Assembly (NCBI RefSeq): GCF_028290495.1
Contig: NZ_JAQGJT010000113.1
Coordinates: 5,694-69,693 of the forward strand
Reading direction: 5' to 3'
Length of the DNA stretch: 64,000 nucleotides
From: Tardiphaga sp.
GTDB lineage: Bacteria; Pseudomonadota; Alphaproteobacteria; Rhizobiales; Xanthobacteraceae
Within the stretch, counting starts at the first letter, position 1. Each line of letters begins with the position of its first letter. Below, piece by piece: positions 8,587-18,095 of this stretch. The position numbers and the translations under genes are program-made. The notes below the pieces were generated by a model. That model did no database searches. It was not told where the DNA came from and was given only the letters and a program-made list of their open reading frames with translations.

Positions 8587-8715
8587 CGGTGATTCCAATC
8601 TGGCGCCCATGATCGCCGCGCGGCGCGGCGGGTCAACCGATCACGCCGCGATCACAACGCGGCGAGGCGCCGCACGGGCCTTGCATCCCGCAGCGCCCGG
8701 GGTGCATCTAGCCGT

Positions 8716-9450
8716 ATGATCCATGATGTCTCGATCCCCGCAGCGCTGCTGGCCGGCCTTGTCAGCTTCCTGTCGCCCTGCGTGCTGCCGCTTGTGCCGC
8801 CCTATCTGATCTATCTTACCGGTGCGACCATCGAGCACGTCGCCGCCGACGAGGCTGACCGCGCCTCGAAGCGCGCGGTAATCATCTCGGCGTGCATGTT
8901 CGTGCTCGGCTTTTCCACGGTGTTCGTCGCGCTCGGCGCCAGCGCCAGCCTGATCGGCGGCCTGATCCGGGCTTATTCGGCCGAACTGTCGATCGTCGCC
9001 GGAATCATCATCATCCTGATGGGGCTGCATTTCCTCGGCCTCACCCGGATCGGCCTGCTGATGCGCGAGGGCCGGTTGGCGATGGCCAAGCCGGTCGGGC
9101 TGTGGGGCGCCTATGCGATGGGGCTGGCCTTTGCGTTTGGCTGGACGCCGTGCATCGGCCCGATCCTCGCCGCGATCCTGTCGGTCGCCGCCGCCGAGGC
9201 CACCGTCGCCAAGGGCGCGATGCTGCTGGCGGTCTATTCCGCCGGGCTGGGCATTCCGTTCCTGATCGCGGCGCTGATGGTCGAGCAGTTCTCCACGATG
9301 TTCGCCCGCATGAAGCGGCATCTGTTGCAGGTCGAGCGCGTGATGGGCGTGCTGATGGTCCTCACCGGCATCGGCTTCCTCACCGGCGCGGTGTCCAGCG
9401 TCAGCATCTGGCTGCTGGAGACGTTTCCGGCGCTGCAGAATTTCGGCTAG
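8716..9450 (+). CDS. ccdA: Cytochrome c biogenesis thiol-disulfide transporter
   Basis: SFLSPCVLPL and GWTPCIGPIL motifs, about six TM helices. Confidence 0.93.
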   Translation: MIHDVSIPAALLAGLVSFLSPCVLPLVPPYLIYLTGATIEHVAADEADRASKRAVIISACMFVLGFSTVFVALGASASLIGGLIRAYSAELSIVAGIIIILMGLHFLGLTRIGLLMREGRLAMAKPVGLWGAYAMGLAFAFGWTPCIGPILAAILSVAAAEATVAKGAMLLAVYSAGLGIPFLIAALMVEQFSTMFARMKRHLLQVERVMGVLMVLTGIGFLTGAVSSVSIWLLETFPALQNFG

Positions 9451-9576
9451 CGGCGGTACCCGGACGCGCTGCTGCGTAGACTCGGGAACTCGCGAGCCCT
9501 TCAGCCCATCCGCCTGCACATGATACCTATACCGGCGCCGGGCCCCAAAATCCGCCTTCCGCGACGCACCAAATTA

Positions 9577-9607
9577 TTGACAATTCGCAAGGTGAGTGCT
9601 TACTCAC
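9577..9607 (+). promoter_or_regulatory. Sigma70-type promoter overlapped by a probable TetR operator
   Basis: TTGACA (9577-9582)-N17-TTACTC; palindrome GTGAGT-GCTT-ACTCAC at 9592-9607. Confidence 0.75.
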
Positions 9608-9611
9608 GACG

Positions 9612-10313
9612 ATGAGCACCTTACGAATGACCCATGATCTCAGGCGCGAGCTGATTCTCAGCGCGGCGAAGCGATGCTTTGCGCAACACGGATTCGCCGG
9701 CACCACGACCAAGAGCGTGGCCGCGGCGGCGTCGATCTCCGAAGGCTTGCTGTTCAAGCATTTCCCGACCAAGTCGGCGCTGTACGCCGAAATCCTCGCC
9801 GAGGAATGCGAGGCCGATCCGGGCCTGCACAAGCTGCTTGGCCTGCCGCCATCCACCGAGACGCTGGTGATCCTGATTCGCGGCATGGTCGGACACTTCC
9901 AGGAAGTGCTCGCCGCGCCCGAGCAGGAAGAAGCGCAGCGGATGCGGCTGATGATCATCAGCCATCTCAACGACGGCGAATTCGCCCGGCTGCTGTTCGA
10001 GAAGGTTGGCAGGCTGATCGGCGCGGCCTTCACCGGGGCGCTGGAGCAGGCGATCGCGCAGGGCGACGCCAGCCGCGTCGGCAATACGCCGCTGAACCTG
10101 TTCTGGTTCGCGCACCACACCGCGATGATGGCCTCGCTGGCGAGGCTTCCCCCGGTTCCCACTTTGCCCTATGGCAACGATCCCGGTCTCGAGCGGCAGC
10201 TCTGCGAGTTCATTCTTCGCGGCATCGGCCTCACCGAAGCGGCCATCGCCCGATATATCGACCTAGAAATTTCGCCGGACCTGCTGCCCGCGGTAACGAC
10301 AGAAAGCGCCTGA
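9612..10313 (+). CDS. TetR/AcrR family regulator
   Basis: HTH ILSAAKRCFAQHGFAGTTTKSVAAAASISEGLLFKHFPTK. Confidence 0.93.
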   Translation: MSTLRMTHDLRRELILSAAKRCFAQHGFAGTTTKSVAAAASISEGLLFKHFPTKSALYAEILAEECEADPGLHKLLGLPPSTETLVILIRGMVGHFQEVLAAPEQEEAQRMRLMIISHLNDGEFARLLFEKVGRLIGAAFTGALEQAIAQGDASRVGNTPLNLFWFAHHTAMMASLARLPPVPTLPYGNDPGLERQLCEFILRGIGLTEAAIARYIDLEISPDLLPAVTTESA

Positions 10314-10314
10314 C

Positions 10315-11508
10315 ATGACCCTCACGACCGAAGCCAATACGGCGCCGCGCGCGCCTGTCGAAAAACCCCGTCCGCGCCCGGTGCGGATGGGGCGCTGGTT
10401 CATCATCATCGGCATCCTGCTCGGGGTGCTGGTCGGGGCCATCGTCGGATTCAACTACATCCGCGCCAACGCCATCAAGAATTTCTTCGCCACGATGAAG
10501 CCGCCGCCGACCAACGTCACGGTGGCCGCGGCCAAGTCGGAAGTGATTCCGAACCTGATCAACGCGGTCGGCGACCTCGCCGCCGTGCACCAGGTCAACG
10601 TCACCTCCGACCTCAACGGCCGCATCACCCAGATCATGTTCGAGGCCGGCGCTTCCGTGAAGGCCGGCATGCCGCTGGTGCAGCTGTTCGACGGACCGGA
10701 GCAGGGCGACCTCGCCAGCTTCAAGGCGCAGGCCAAGGTCGCGGAACTCAACCTCGACCGCGCCAAGCAGCTGGCGTCGCGCCAGTTCGGCCCGCAGGCC
10801 ACGGTGGACACCGCGCAGGCGGCGTTCGACCAGGCCCAGGCCGGCATCGCCAGGACCGAAGCCGTGATCTCGCAGAAGCTGGTGCGCGCGGCGTTCGATG
10901 GCGTGCTCGGCGTGCGCCGCGTCGAGATCGGACAGTACCTCACCGCCGGGACCCAGATCGTGACGCTGACGGACCTCTCGGCGGTGTATGCCAACTTCAC
11001 CGTGACCGAGAAGGATTCCGGCACGCTCAAGGTCGGCCAGACCGTGCGCATCGGGGTGGATGCCTATCCCGGCCGTAAATTCGAAGGCAAGCTGACCACG
11101 ATCGAGCCGCAGATCGCCAGCGAGACCCGCAACATCCGGGTGCAGGCGACGATCCAGAATCCCGAGGGCATCCTGAAGCCCGGCATGTTCGCGACCACCA
11201 CGGTGGTGCTGCCCGACAAGCCGGCCGTGATCACCGTGCCGGAGACCGCGGTCGACTACACGCTGTACGGCGACTCGGTTTACCTGATCACCGAGAAGAA
11301 GCTCGATGACGGCAAGACCGATCTGACGGCGGTGCGTTCCTTCGTGCAGACCGGCGACCGCATCGACGGCCGTGCCGTCATCGTCCGCGGCCTCAAGGCC
11401 GGCGACCGTGTCGTGCAGGTCGGGCAGCTCAAGCTGCAGTCCGGCGTCGCGGTGGTGATCTCGAGCGATCCCGGTCCGCAGATTCCGGCGAAGGCGCCGC
11501 TGAACTAA
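10315..11508 (+). CDS. RND efflux periplasmic adaptor (MexH/MexV-like)
   Basis: N-terminal TM, lipoyl halves, alpha-hairpin, LKPGMFA. Confidence 0.93.
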   Translation: MTLTTEANTAPRAPVEKPRPRPVRMGRWFIIIGILLGVLVGAIVGFNYIRANAIKNFFATMKPPPTNVTVAAAKSEVIPNLINAVGDLAAVHQVNVTSDLNGRITQIMFEAGASVKAGMPLVQLFDGPEQGDLASFKAQAKVAELNLDRAKQLASRQFGPQATVDTAQAAFDQAQAGIARTEAVISQKLVRAAFDGVLGVRRVEIGQYLTAGTQIVTLTDLSAVYANFTVTEKDSGTLKVGQTVRIGVDAYPGRKFEGKLTTIEPQIASETRNIRVQATIQNPEGILKPGMFATTTVVLPDKPAVITVPETAVDYTLYGDSVYLITEKKLDDGKTDLTAVRSFVQTGDRIDGRAVIVRGLKAGDRVVQVGQLKLQSGVAVVISSDPGPQIPAKAPLN

Positions 11509-11517
11509 CAAGAGAGC

Positions 11518-11545
11518 GACGGGCTGCGGATCGCCGCAGCCCGTC
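11518..11545. other. Perfect 12-bp intercistronic hairpin
   Basis: GACGGGCTGCGG-ATCG-CCGCAGCCCGTC, no U tract. Confidence 0.7.
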
Positions 11546-11615
11546 TCACAATCGAGATTTCCTGCATCGCCGCGGCCGATCCGTTCGGCGCCGATGCCGC
11601 TGACGGAGCACCGCG

Positions 11616-14600
11616 ATGGTTTTTACCGATATTTTCATCAAGCGGCCGGTGCTGGCGGTGGTCGTCAGCCTGTTGATCCTGCTGATCGGCTTCAAGGCCG
11701 CAACCTCGCTGCCGATCCGGCAGTATCCGAAGCTGTCGAACACCGTGATCACCATCACCACGGTGTATCCCGGCGCGTCGCCGGACCTGATGCAGGGCTT
11801 CATCACCACGCCGATCGAGCAGGCCGTCGCGGCAGCCGAAGGCCTGGACTACATGACCTCGGCCTCGACCCAGGGCCAGAGCCTGATCTCGGTCTACATC
11901 AAGCTCAACAACGACCCCAACGCCGCGCTCACCGAAGTGCTGTCGAAGGTCAATTCGGTCAAGTACCTGATCCCGAAAGAGGCCAACGATCCGGTGATCG
12001 TGAAATCGACCGGCTCGACCACGGCGGTGATGTATCTCGGCTTCTCCAGCGAGGAACTGTCCGGTTCGGCGATCTCCGACTACCTGACGCGCGCGGTGCA
12101 GCCGGTGCTGTCCACCGTTGCGGGCGTTGCCTCGGCCGACATTCTCGGCGGCCAGACCTTTGCGATGCGGCTGTGGCTCGATCCGGTCCGCATGCAGGGG
12201 CGTGGCGTGTCGCCGGATGACGTGGCGGCGGCGATCCGCGCCAACAACTTCCAGTCGGCGGCCGGCCAGACCAAGGGCTATTTCATCATCTCCAACGTCA
12301 CGGCCAATACCGACCTGCAGAACGTCGAGCAGTTCAAGCGGATGACGGTGAAGGCCAAGGACGGCGGCTTCGTCCGCATGGAGGACATCGCCACCGTGCA
12401 GCTCGCGGCGCAAAGCACCGACGCCAGCGTGGCGTTCTCGGGCGAACGCGCGATCTTCATCGGCGTGCAGTCGACACCGGAAGGCAATCCGCTCAACATC
12501 GTCGAAGGCGTGCGCAAGCTGTTCCCCGAACTGCAGCGCAACCTGCCGCCCTCGCTGAAGATGAAGGTGGCCTACGATTCCACCATGTTCATCACCTCGT
12601 CGATCAACGAGGTCGAGCACACGCTGATCGAGGCCGTCGGCATTGTGATCGTGGTGATCTTCCTGTTCCTGGCTTCTTTCCGCTCGGTGATCATCCCGGT
12701 GGTGACGATCCCGCTGTCGCTGATCGGCGTCTGCAGCCTGATGCTGGTGATGGGATTCAGCATCAACCTGCTGACGCTGCTGGCGATGGTGCTGGCGATC
12801 GGACTGGTGGTCGATGACGCCATCGTGGTGGTGGAGAACATCCATCGGCATCTGGAGGAGGGCAAATCGCCGGTCCAGGCCTCGCTCGAAGGCGCGCGCG
12901 AAATCGTCGGCCCGGTGATCTCGATGACCATTACGCTGGCGGCGGTGTACGCGCCGATCGGCTTCCTCGGCGGCCTCACCGGCGCGCTGTTCCGCGAATT
13001 CGCCTTCACGCTGGCCGGCTCGGTGATTGTTTCCGGCATCATCGCGCTAACGCTGTCGCCGATGATGTGCTCGGTCCTGCTGAAGCAGGAGGAGCCGAGC
13101 TGGTTCGGCAAGAAGGTCGACAAGGTGTTCGGCGCCACCACGCGCTGGTACGGCCGCCAGCTCGACCGTTCGCTCGACTACCGCCCGATCACCGCTTTGT
13201 TCGCGGTGGTGATCCTCGGCCTCGTCGTGTTCATGTACCAGCACACGTCCAAGGAGCTGGCGCCCGAGGAAGACCAGGGCATCCTGTTCGCGGTGGTCAA
13301 GGCGCCGAAATACGCCAACATCGACTACTCGGATTTCTACGGCGACAAGATGGACAAGGTGTTCGAGAAGTTCCCGGAGACCGACCTGCGTTTCATCATC
13401 AACGGCATCAACGGCCCGAGCAACGGCATCGCCGGCATGCTGCTGAAGCCGTGGGACGAACGCACCCGCTCCTCCACCAAGCTGAAGCCGCTGGTGCAGG
13501 CCGAGCTCAGCAAGATCGAGGGCGTGAACGCCTTCGCCTTCAACCTGCCGGCGCTGCCAGGCGGCCCCGGCGGCCTGCCGATTCAGATGGTGATCAACTC
13601 CACCAACGGCTTCCAGTCGGTCTATGAGGAGATGAACAAGCTGAAGGACGCCGCGCGCAAGAGCGGGTTGTTCATCGTCGCCGACAGCGATCTCGACTAC
13701 AATCAGCCCGTGGTGAAGGTGAACATCAACCGCAACAAGGCCAACGACCTCGGCGTCACGATGGCGAGCATCGGCAGCACGCTGTCGACGCTGCTCGGCG
13801 GCAACTACACCAACCGCTTCAACCTCGAAGGGCGCTCCTACCAAGTGATCCCGCAGGTGCCGCGCGCGATGCGGATCTCGCAGGATTCGCTGCAGAACTA
13901 TTACGTGCCGACGTCCACCGGCCAGCAGGTGCCGCTGTCGACGTTGGTGACGGTGGAAACCGCCACCAACCCGAACGCGCTGTCGCACTACAACCAGCTC
14001 AACTCGGCGACCTTCCAGGCCGTGCCGATGCCCGGCGTCACCGTCGGCGCCGCGGTCGACTTCCTGGAGGGAGCGGCCAAGCAATTGCCGGCCGGCTTCA
14101 ACCACGATTATCTCGCGGATTCCCGGCAGTATGTGCAGGAAGGCAACCAGCTCGCGGTGGCGTTCGGCTTCGCGCTGATCATCATCTTCCTGGTGCTGGC
14201 GGCGCAGTTCGAATCGATGCGCGATCCGCTGGTCATCATGATCTCGGTGCCGATGGCGATTTCGGGTGCGCTGATCCCGCTGTTCTTCGGCGTGGCGACG
14301 ATCAACATCTACACCCAGGTCGGGCTGCTGACACTGGTCGGGCTGATCTCGAAGCACGGCATCCTGATGGTGGAGTTCGCCAACGAGCTGCAGCTCAAGG
14401 AAGGGCTCGACAAGCGTTCGGCGATCGAGATGGCGGCGCGGGTCCGGCTGCGTCCGATCCTGATGACGACGGCGGCGATGGTCACCGGCCTGCTGCCGCT
14501 GCTGACCGCGGCGGGTGCGGGTGCGGCGAGCCGGTTCTCGATTGGCCTCGTGGTGGTGTCCGGCATGATGATCGGCACGCTGTTCACGCTGTTCGTGCTG

Positions 14601-14720
14601 CCCGCGGTCTACGTGGCGATCGCCACCGACCACCGCGCCGGCCGCGAGACCAAGCGCGCCAAGGAGATCGAGGCCTTCGATCTGCAGGATGGCGCTGTGC
14701 CGGCGCTGCGCACGAGCTGA
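11616..14720 (+). CDS. RND efflux permease (MexW/MexI-like)
   Basis: FTDIFIKRPV, AIGLVVDDAIVVVEN, RLRPILMT; 1034 aa. Confidence 0.95.
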   Translation: MVFTDIFIKRPVLAVVVSLLILLIGFKAATSLPIRQYPKLSNTVITITTVYPGASPDLMQGFITTPIEQAVAAAEGLDYMTSASTQGQSLISVYIKLNNDPNAALTEVLSKVNSVKYLIPKEANDPVIVKSTGSTTAVMYLGFSSEELSGSAISDYLTRAVQPVLSTVAGVASADILGGQTFAMRLWLDPVRMQGRGVSPDDVAAAIRANNFQSAAGQTKGYFIISNVTANTDLQNVEQFKRMTVKAKDGGFVRMEDIATVQLAAQSTDASVAFSGERAIFIGVQSTPEGNPLNIVEGVRKLFPELQRNLPPSLKMKVAYDSTMFITSSINEVEHTLIEAVGIVIVVIFLFLASFRSVIIPVVTIPLSLIGVCSLMLVMGFSINLLTLLAMVLAIGLVVDDAIVVVENIHRHLEEGKSPVQASLEGAREIVGPVISMTITLAAVYAPIGFLGGLTGALFREFAFTLAGSVIVSGIIALTLSPMMCSVLLKQEEPSWFGKKVDKVFGATTRWYGRQLDRSLDYRPITALFAVVILGLVVFMYQHTSKELAPEEDQGILFAVVKAPKYANIDYSDFYGDKMDKVFEKFPETDLRFIINGINGPSNGIAGMLLKPWDERTRSSTKLKPLVQAELSKIEGVNAFAFNLPALPGGPGGLPIQMVINSTNGFQSVYEEMNKLKDAARKSGLFIVADSDLDYNQPVVKVNINRNKANDLGVTMASIGSTLSTLLGGNYTNRFNLEGRSYQVIPQVPRAMRISQDSLQNYYVPTSTGQQVPLSTLVTVETATNPNALSHYNQLNSATFQAVPMPGVTVGAAVDFLEGAAKQLPAGFNHDYLADSRQYVQEGNQLAVAFGFALIIIFLVLAAQFESMRDPLVIMISVPMAISGALIPLFFGVATINIYTQVGLLTLVGLISKHGILMVEFANELQLKEGLDKRSAIEMAARVRLRPILMTTAAMVTGLLPLLTAAGAGAASRFSIGLVVVSGMMIGTLFTLFVLPAVYVAIATDHRAGRETKRAKEIEAFDLQDGAVPALRTS

Positions 14721-14816
14721 GCTTGTCGAACATGAGCCTTTGAGCTTTGATGGCGGATCGAGAAATCGATCCGCCATTTTCGTATGCTGCGCCCGCAGCC
14801 CTCACAGGAAACACCC

Positions 14817-15566
14817 ATGACGCTTGATTTTGCGGCCGGCAACTATCGCTACATTCCGGCAGGATTCCAGTTCTCCAGCGGTGTCGCAGCTCATGCGGAT
14901 TTCGAAATCGAACGCGTGCGCTTCGACAAGTTGGTGCCGCTGGCGGATGGTTTCTCGTTGATCGCCGATTACATCCTCGGCGCCGGCCGTCCGCTGACCG
15001 CGCTGTGCGCCTGCGAATTGCGTTCGCCCGCCGCGGTGGATAGCGACGGCTTTCGTGCCTTCAACCAGCATTACGTCAAGACGCTGGTCGAATGGGGCAT
15101 CTACGACGGCACGAGCGACAACAATCCCGTCGCGCGCAGCAATGTCTGTCCGGAAATCGACCCGCCGACGGAGCCGTCGTTCTACGCGTTCTCGTTCACG
15201 CGGCCGATGCTGGGCGCCAGGCCAAGCTGCGTGATTTCCGGTGGCGGCGAAGTCCGCGGCGGTCCGGGCAGCTTTGTGGAGCGGCTGGTGCGCTACCGCG
15301 ATCTCAGCCCGGAAGGCTGGCAGGAGAAAGTGAATTTCACAGTCCGCTCCATCACGCAGCGTCTGGAAGCACTGGGTTTCGCCTGGAGCGACACCACGGG
15401 CACGCAGGTCTACACCGTGCATGATTTCCATGCCCTGGTCGTGGACGAACTGGTTCGCCAGGGCGCCGCGCACGCCGGCCTGAACTGGCACTTCGCGCGG
15501 CCGCCGGTGCTCGACATGGAGTTCGAGATAGACACCAGGCGCGTGATGCGGGAATTCGTGATCTAG
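14817..15566 (+). CDS. CnbZ-like (2-amino-5-chloromuconate deaminase family) hypothetical protein
   Basis: FQFSSGVAA, CACELRSP, NPVARSNVCP and ARPPV motifs recalled for this family; SD CAGGA. Confidence 0.65.
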   Translation: MTLDFAAGNYRYIPAGFQFSSGVAAHADFEIERVRFDKLVPLADGFSLIADYILGAGRPLTALCACELRSPAAVDSDGFRAFNQHYVKTLVEWGIYDGTSDNNPVARSNVCPEIDPPTEPSFYAFSFTRPMLGARPSCVISGGGEVRGGPGSFVERLVRYRDLSPEGWQEKVNFTVRSITQRLEALGFAWSDTTGTQVYTVHDFHALVVDELVRQGAAHAGLNWHFARPPVLDMEFEIDTRRVMREFVI

Positions 15567-15583
15567 GCTGGCGGGATCGCTGG

Positions 15584-15617
15584 TGATGTCGTTCCCGCGT
15601 TCGTGGGCACGACATCA
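15584..15617. repeat. REP-like hairpin / possible terminator
   Basis: TGATGTCGTTCCCGCG-TT-CGTGGGCACGACATCA. Confidence 0.65.
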
Positions 15618-15765
15618 TCACGCGGCTCTCGCCGCCTTGCTCAGATGCTTCGCGACGCCCCTGAGGTCATCGACGAAGGGCTCGTAATCCGGAATGGTCT
15701 TGAGATGTGAACGGGCGGCTTGCCTGAATCCGATTGACTCCGCGGGCTGTCTTGGCTTTATATTA

Positions 15766-15780
15766 GAACATATCATGAAC
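15766..15780 (+). promoter_or_regulatory. Alphaproteobacterial LexA (SOS) box
   Basis: GAAC-ATATCAT-GAAC (GAAC-N7-GAAC) just after a TTGACT...TATATT promoter, upstream of imuA. Confidence 0.9.
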
Positions 15781-15844
15781 AATTGAGCCAATCGTTGGTT
15801 CTCTGAGAGACCTGTGATTGCCTATATTTCCAGAGGAGCGGCGC

Positions 15845-16633
15845 ATGAGCGGCGTACGCACGGACACGCTTGCGCATCTGCGCGGCAGCATAGAGCGCAT
15901 CGAGACGCACGCGGATACCTATGCGCCGGATCGCGTATCGCTGGGCCACGCCGAGGCCGACATGGCGCTGCAGGGCGGGCTGGCGCGCGGTGCGCTGCAC
16001 GAGGTGTTCTGCGAGGGCCGCCAGAGCGCGGCGGCAACCGGCTTCATCGCGGGGCTGGCGCAGCGCATCAGCGCCAGGCGGCCGCTGCTGTGGATCCGGC
16101 AGGATTTTTCCGAACGCGAGACAGGCGCGCTGGCGATATCAGGCTGGCAGGAACTCGGGCTCGATCCGCGCAGCCTCGTGACCGTGCGCGCGCCCGATGT
16201 CGAGACGGCATTGCGCACCACGGCGGACGCGCTGGCCTGCGACGCGCTGGGCTGCGTGGTGCTGGAGAGTTTTGGCGAGAGCAAGCCATTCGATCTGGTG
16301 GCCAGCCGCAAGCTGACGCTGGCGGCGCGCGGCTCCGGCGTCACCGCGCTGCTGCTGCGGGTGGCGGCGACGCCGACCGCATCGACCGCGGAAACAAGAT
16401 GGATCGTGCGCTCCGCGCATTCGCCGCCCGGTTCGCCCTGGCAGGCATGGGGCGCGCCGATGCTGGATGCGCAACTGGTTCGAAATCGTCATGGCCCGAA
16501 CGGCCACTGGATCATGGAATGGAAGTGTGATGAGTGCCTTTTCCGTGAAGCGCCGCATTCTCAGCCTGTGGCTGCCGCGGCTGCCTACCGATCGCCTGCA
16601 ACGCCTGCGCTCGCACAGCGGCGCGCCGGTTAA
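15845..16633 (+). CDS. imuA: RecA-like mutasome protein ImuA
   Basis: LQGGLARGALHEV, SRKLTLAA, STAETRW, LVRNRHG; first gene of the cassette; SD GAGGAG. Confidence 0.9.
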   Translation: MSGVRTDTLAHLRGSIERIETHADTYAPDRVSLGHAEADMALQGGLARGALHEVFCEGRQSAAATGFIAGLAQRISARRPLLWIRQDFSERETGALAISGWQELGLDPRSLVTVRAPDVETALRTTADALACDALGCVVLESFGESKPFDLVASRKLTLAARGSGVTALLLRVAATPTASTAETRWIVRSAHSPPGSPWQAWGAPMLDAQLVRNRHGPNGHWIMEWKCDECLFREAPHSQPVAAAAAYRSPATPALAQRRAG

Positions 16634-18095
16634 TCATCAAGCCAGCATCGTCGTCGCCAGGCACAGCAACGCGCTGCAGATTGCCGCATTGGACGACGCC
16701 GCGGCCAAATTCGGACTCGAGATTGGCTTGCCGCTGGCGAATGCCCGCGCGGTCTGCCCGGATGTGCAGGTATTCGACGCAGATCCCGCAGCCGACAGGT
16801 TGCTGCTCAATCACATCGCGGACTGGTGCGACCGCTTCACGCCTCTGGTGGCGCTCGATGCGCCGGGTGCGCTGTTCCTCGATATCACCGGCTGCGCACA
16901 TCTGTTCGGCGGCGAGGCCGCCTTGATGCAGATGCTGTGCCGCGCGCTCGTCGCGCAGGGCTTTATCGTCAGCGCCGCAATCGCCGGCACCTCGGTCTGC
17001 GCGCGCACGCTCTGCCGCCACAGTCACGGCCGCATCGTCGCGGATGGCGCGGAGGCCGAGGCGGTCCGGGCGCTGCCGGTGTTCACGCTCGGCGCCGGTC
17101 AGGCGATCACCAACGGGCTGCGCCGCGCCGGGCTGAAGACCATTGGTGATGTCGCCTCGCGCGCCCGCTTTGAGATTACTGCGCGGTTCGGCGCGGATTT
17201 CACCGCACTGCTGGAGCAGGCGCTGGGGCAATCGGACGCGCCGATCTCCCCGCGAAAACCGCTGCCGGATTACATCGTCGAGAAACGTTTCCCCGAGCCC
17301 ATCGCCACCGATGGCGTGATATCGGCGACGCTCTCCAGCCTCGCGACCATGCTGGTCGGCGCGATGGACAAACAGGGCAAGGGCGCGCGACGCCTGGAGG
17401 CGAGCTTCTTCCGCACCGACGGCGCGGTGCGCTCCATTGTCGTGGAGACCGGGCAGGCCGTCACTAAGGTAGCCGTGATCGACCGGCTGTTCCGCGAGCG
17501 CCTCGATGCAATTGCCGATCCGCTCGATCCCGGTTTCGGTTTCGATCTCATCCGCCTCTCCGCGGGGCGTACCGAGATCGTGGTGCAGCAGCAGCGCGAC
17601 CTCGACGCCAATGTGCATGACAATGACGAGTTGGCCGCCTTGATCGACCGCATCGCGGCGCGGGTCGGCCCCCGCCGCGTCATCGTGCATCTGCCGGTCG
17701 ATACGCACATTCCCGAACGCGCGATGCGGGCCGCACCTGCGCAGCATCATTTGATCGCGGCATCGACGGCGGTATGGCCGGCGCGTACCGAGGACGAACC
17801 GCCATTGCGGCCACTGCGATTGTTCGAGCATCCCGAATTGATCGATGTTGGCCTCGTTGAAGCGCCCGACAAGCCGCCGAAACATTTCACCTGGCGGCGT
17901 GCCTTTCACAGGATCGTTCATGTGGAAGGACCCGAGCGGGTGAGTATGGAATGGTGGCGCGCGCAGGACGCAATGCCGACGCGCGATTATTTCCGGATCG
18001 AGGATGAAGCAGGGCAGCGGTTCTGGCTTTTCCGAAACGGTCTGTATGGGGAAGTCGTCGAACCGAAATGGTTCATGCACGGGCTGTTCGCATGA
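16530..18095 (+). CDS. imuB: Y-family polymerase-like protein ImuB
   Basis: RRILSLWLP, DRFTPLVA, LDITGCAHLFGGE, RPLRLF, GPER...EWW, RDYFRIED, WFMHGLFA. Confidence 0.93.
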   Translation: MSAFSVKRRILSLWLPRLPTDRLQRLRSHSGAPVNHQASIVVARHSNALQIAALDDAAAKFGLEIGLPLANARAVCPDVQVFDADPAADRLLLNHIADWCDRFTPLVALDAPGALFLDITGCAHLFGGEAALMQMLCRALVAQGFIVSAAIAGTSVCARTLCRHSHGRIVADGAEAEAVRALPVFTLGAGQAITNGLRRAGLKTIGDVASRARFEITARFGADFTALLEQALGQSDAPISPRKPLPDYIVEKRFPEPIATDGVISATLSSLATMLVGAMDKQGKGARRLEASFFRTDGAVRSIVVETGQAVTKVAVIDRLFRERLDAIADPLDPGFGFDLIRLSAGRTEIVVQQQRDLDANVHDNDELAALIDRIAARVGPRRVIVHLPVDTHIPERAMRAAPAQHHLIAASTAVWPARTEDEPPLRPLRLFEHPELIDVGLVEAPDKPPKHFTWRRAFHRIVHVEGPERVSMEWWRAQDAMPTRDYFRIEDEAGQRFWLFRNGLYGEVVEPKWFMHGLFA

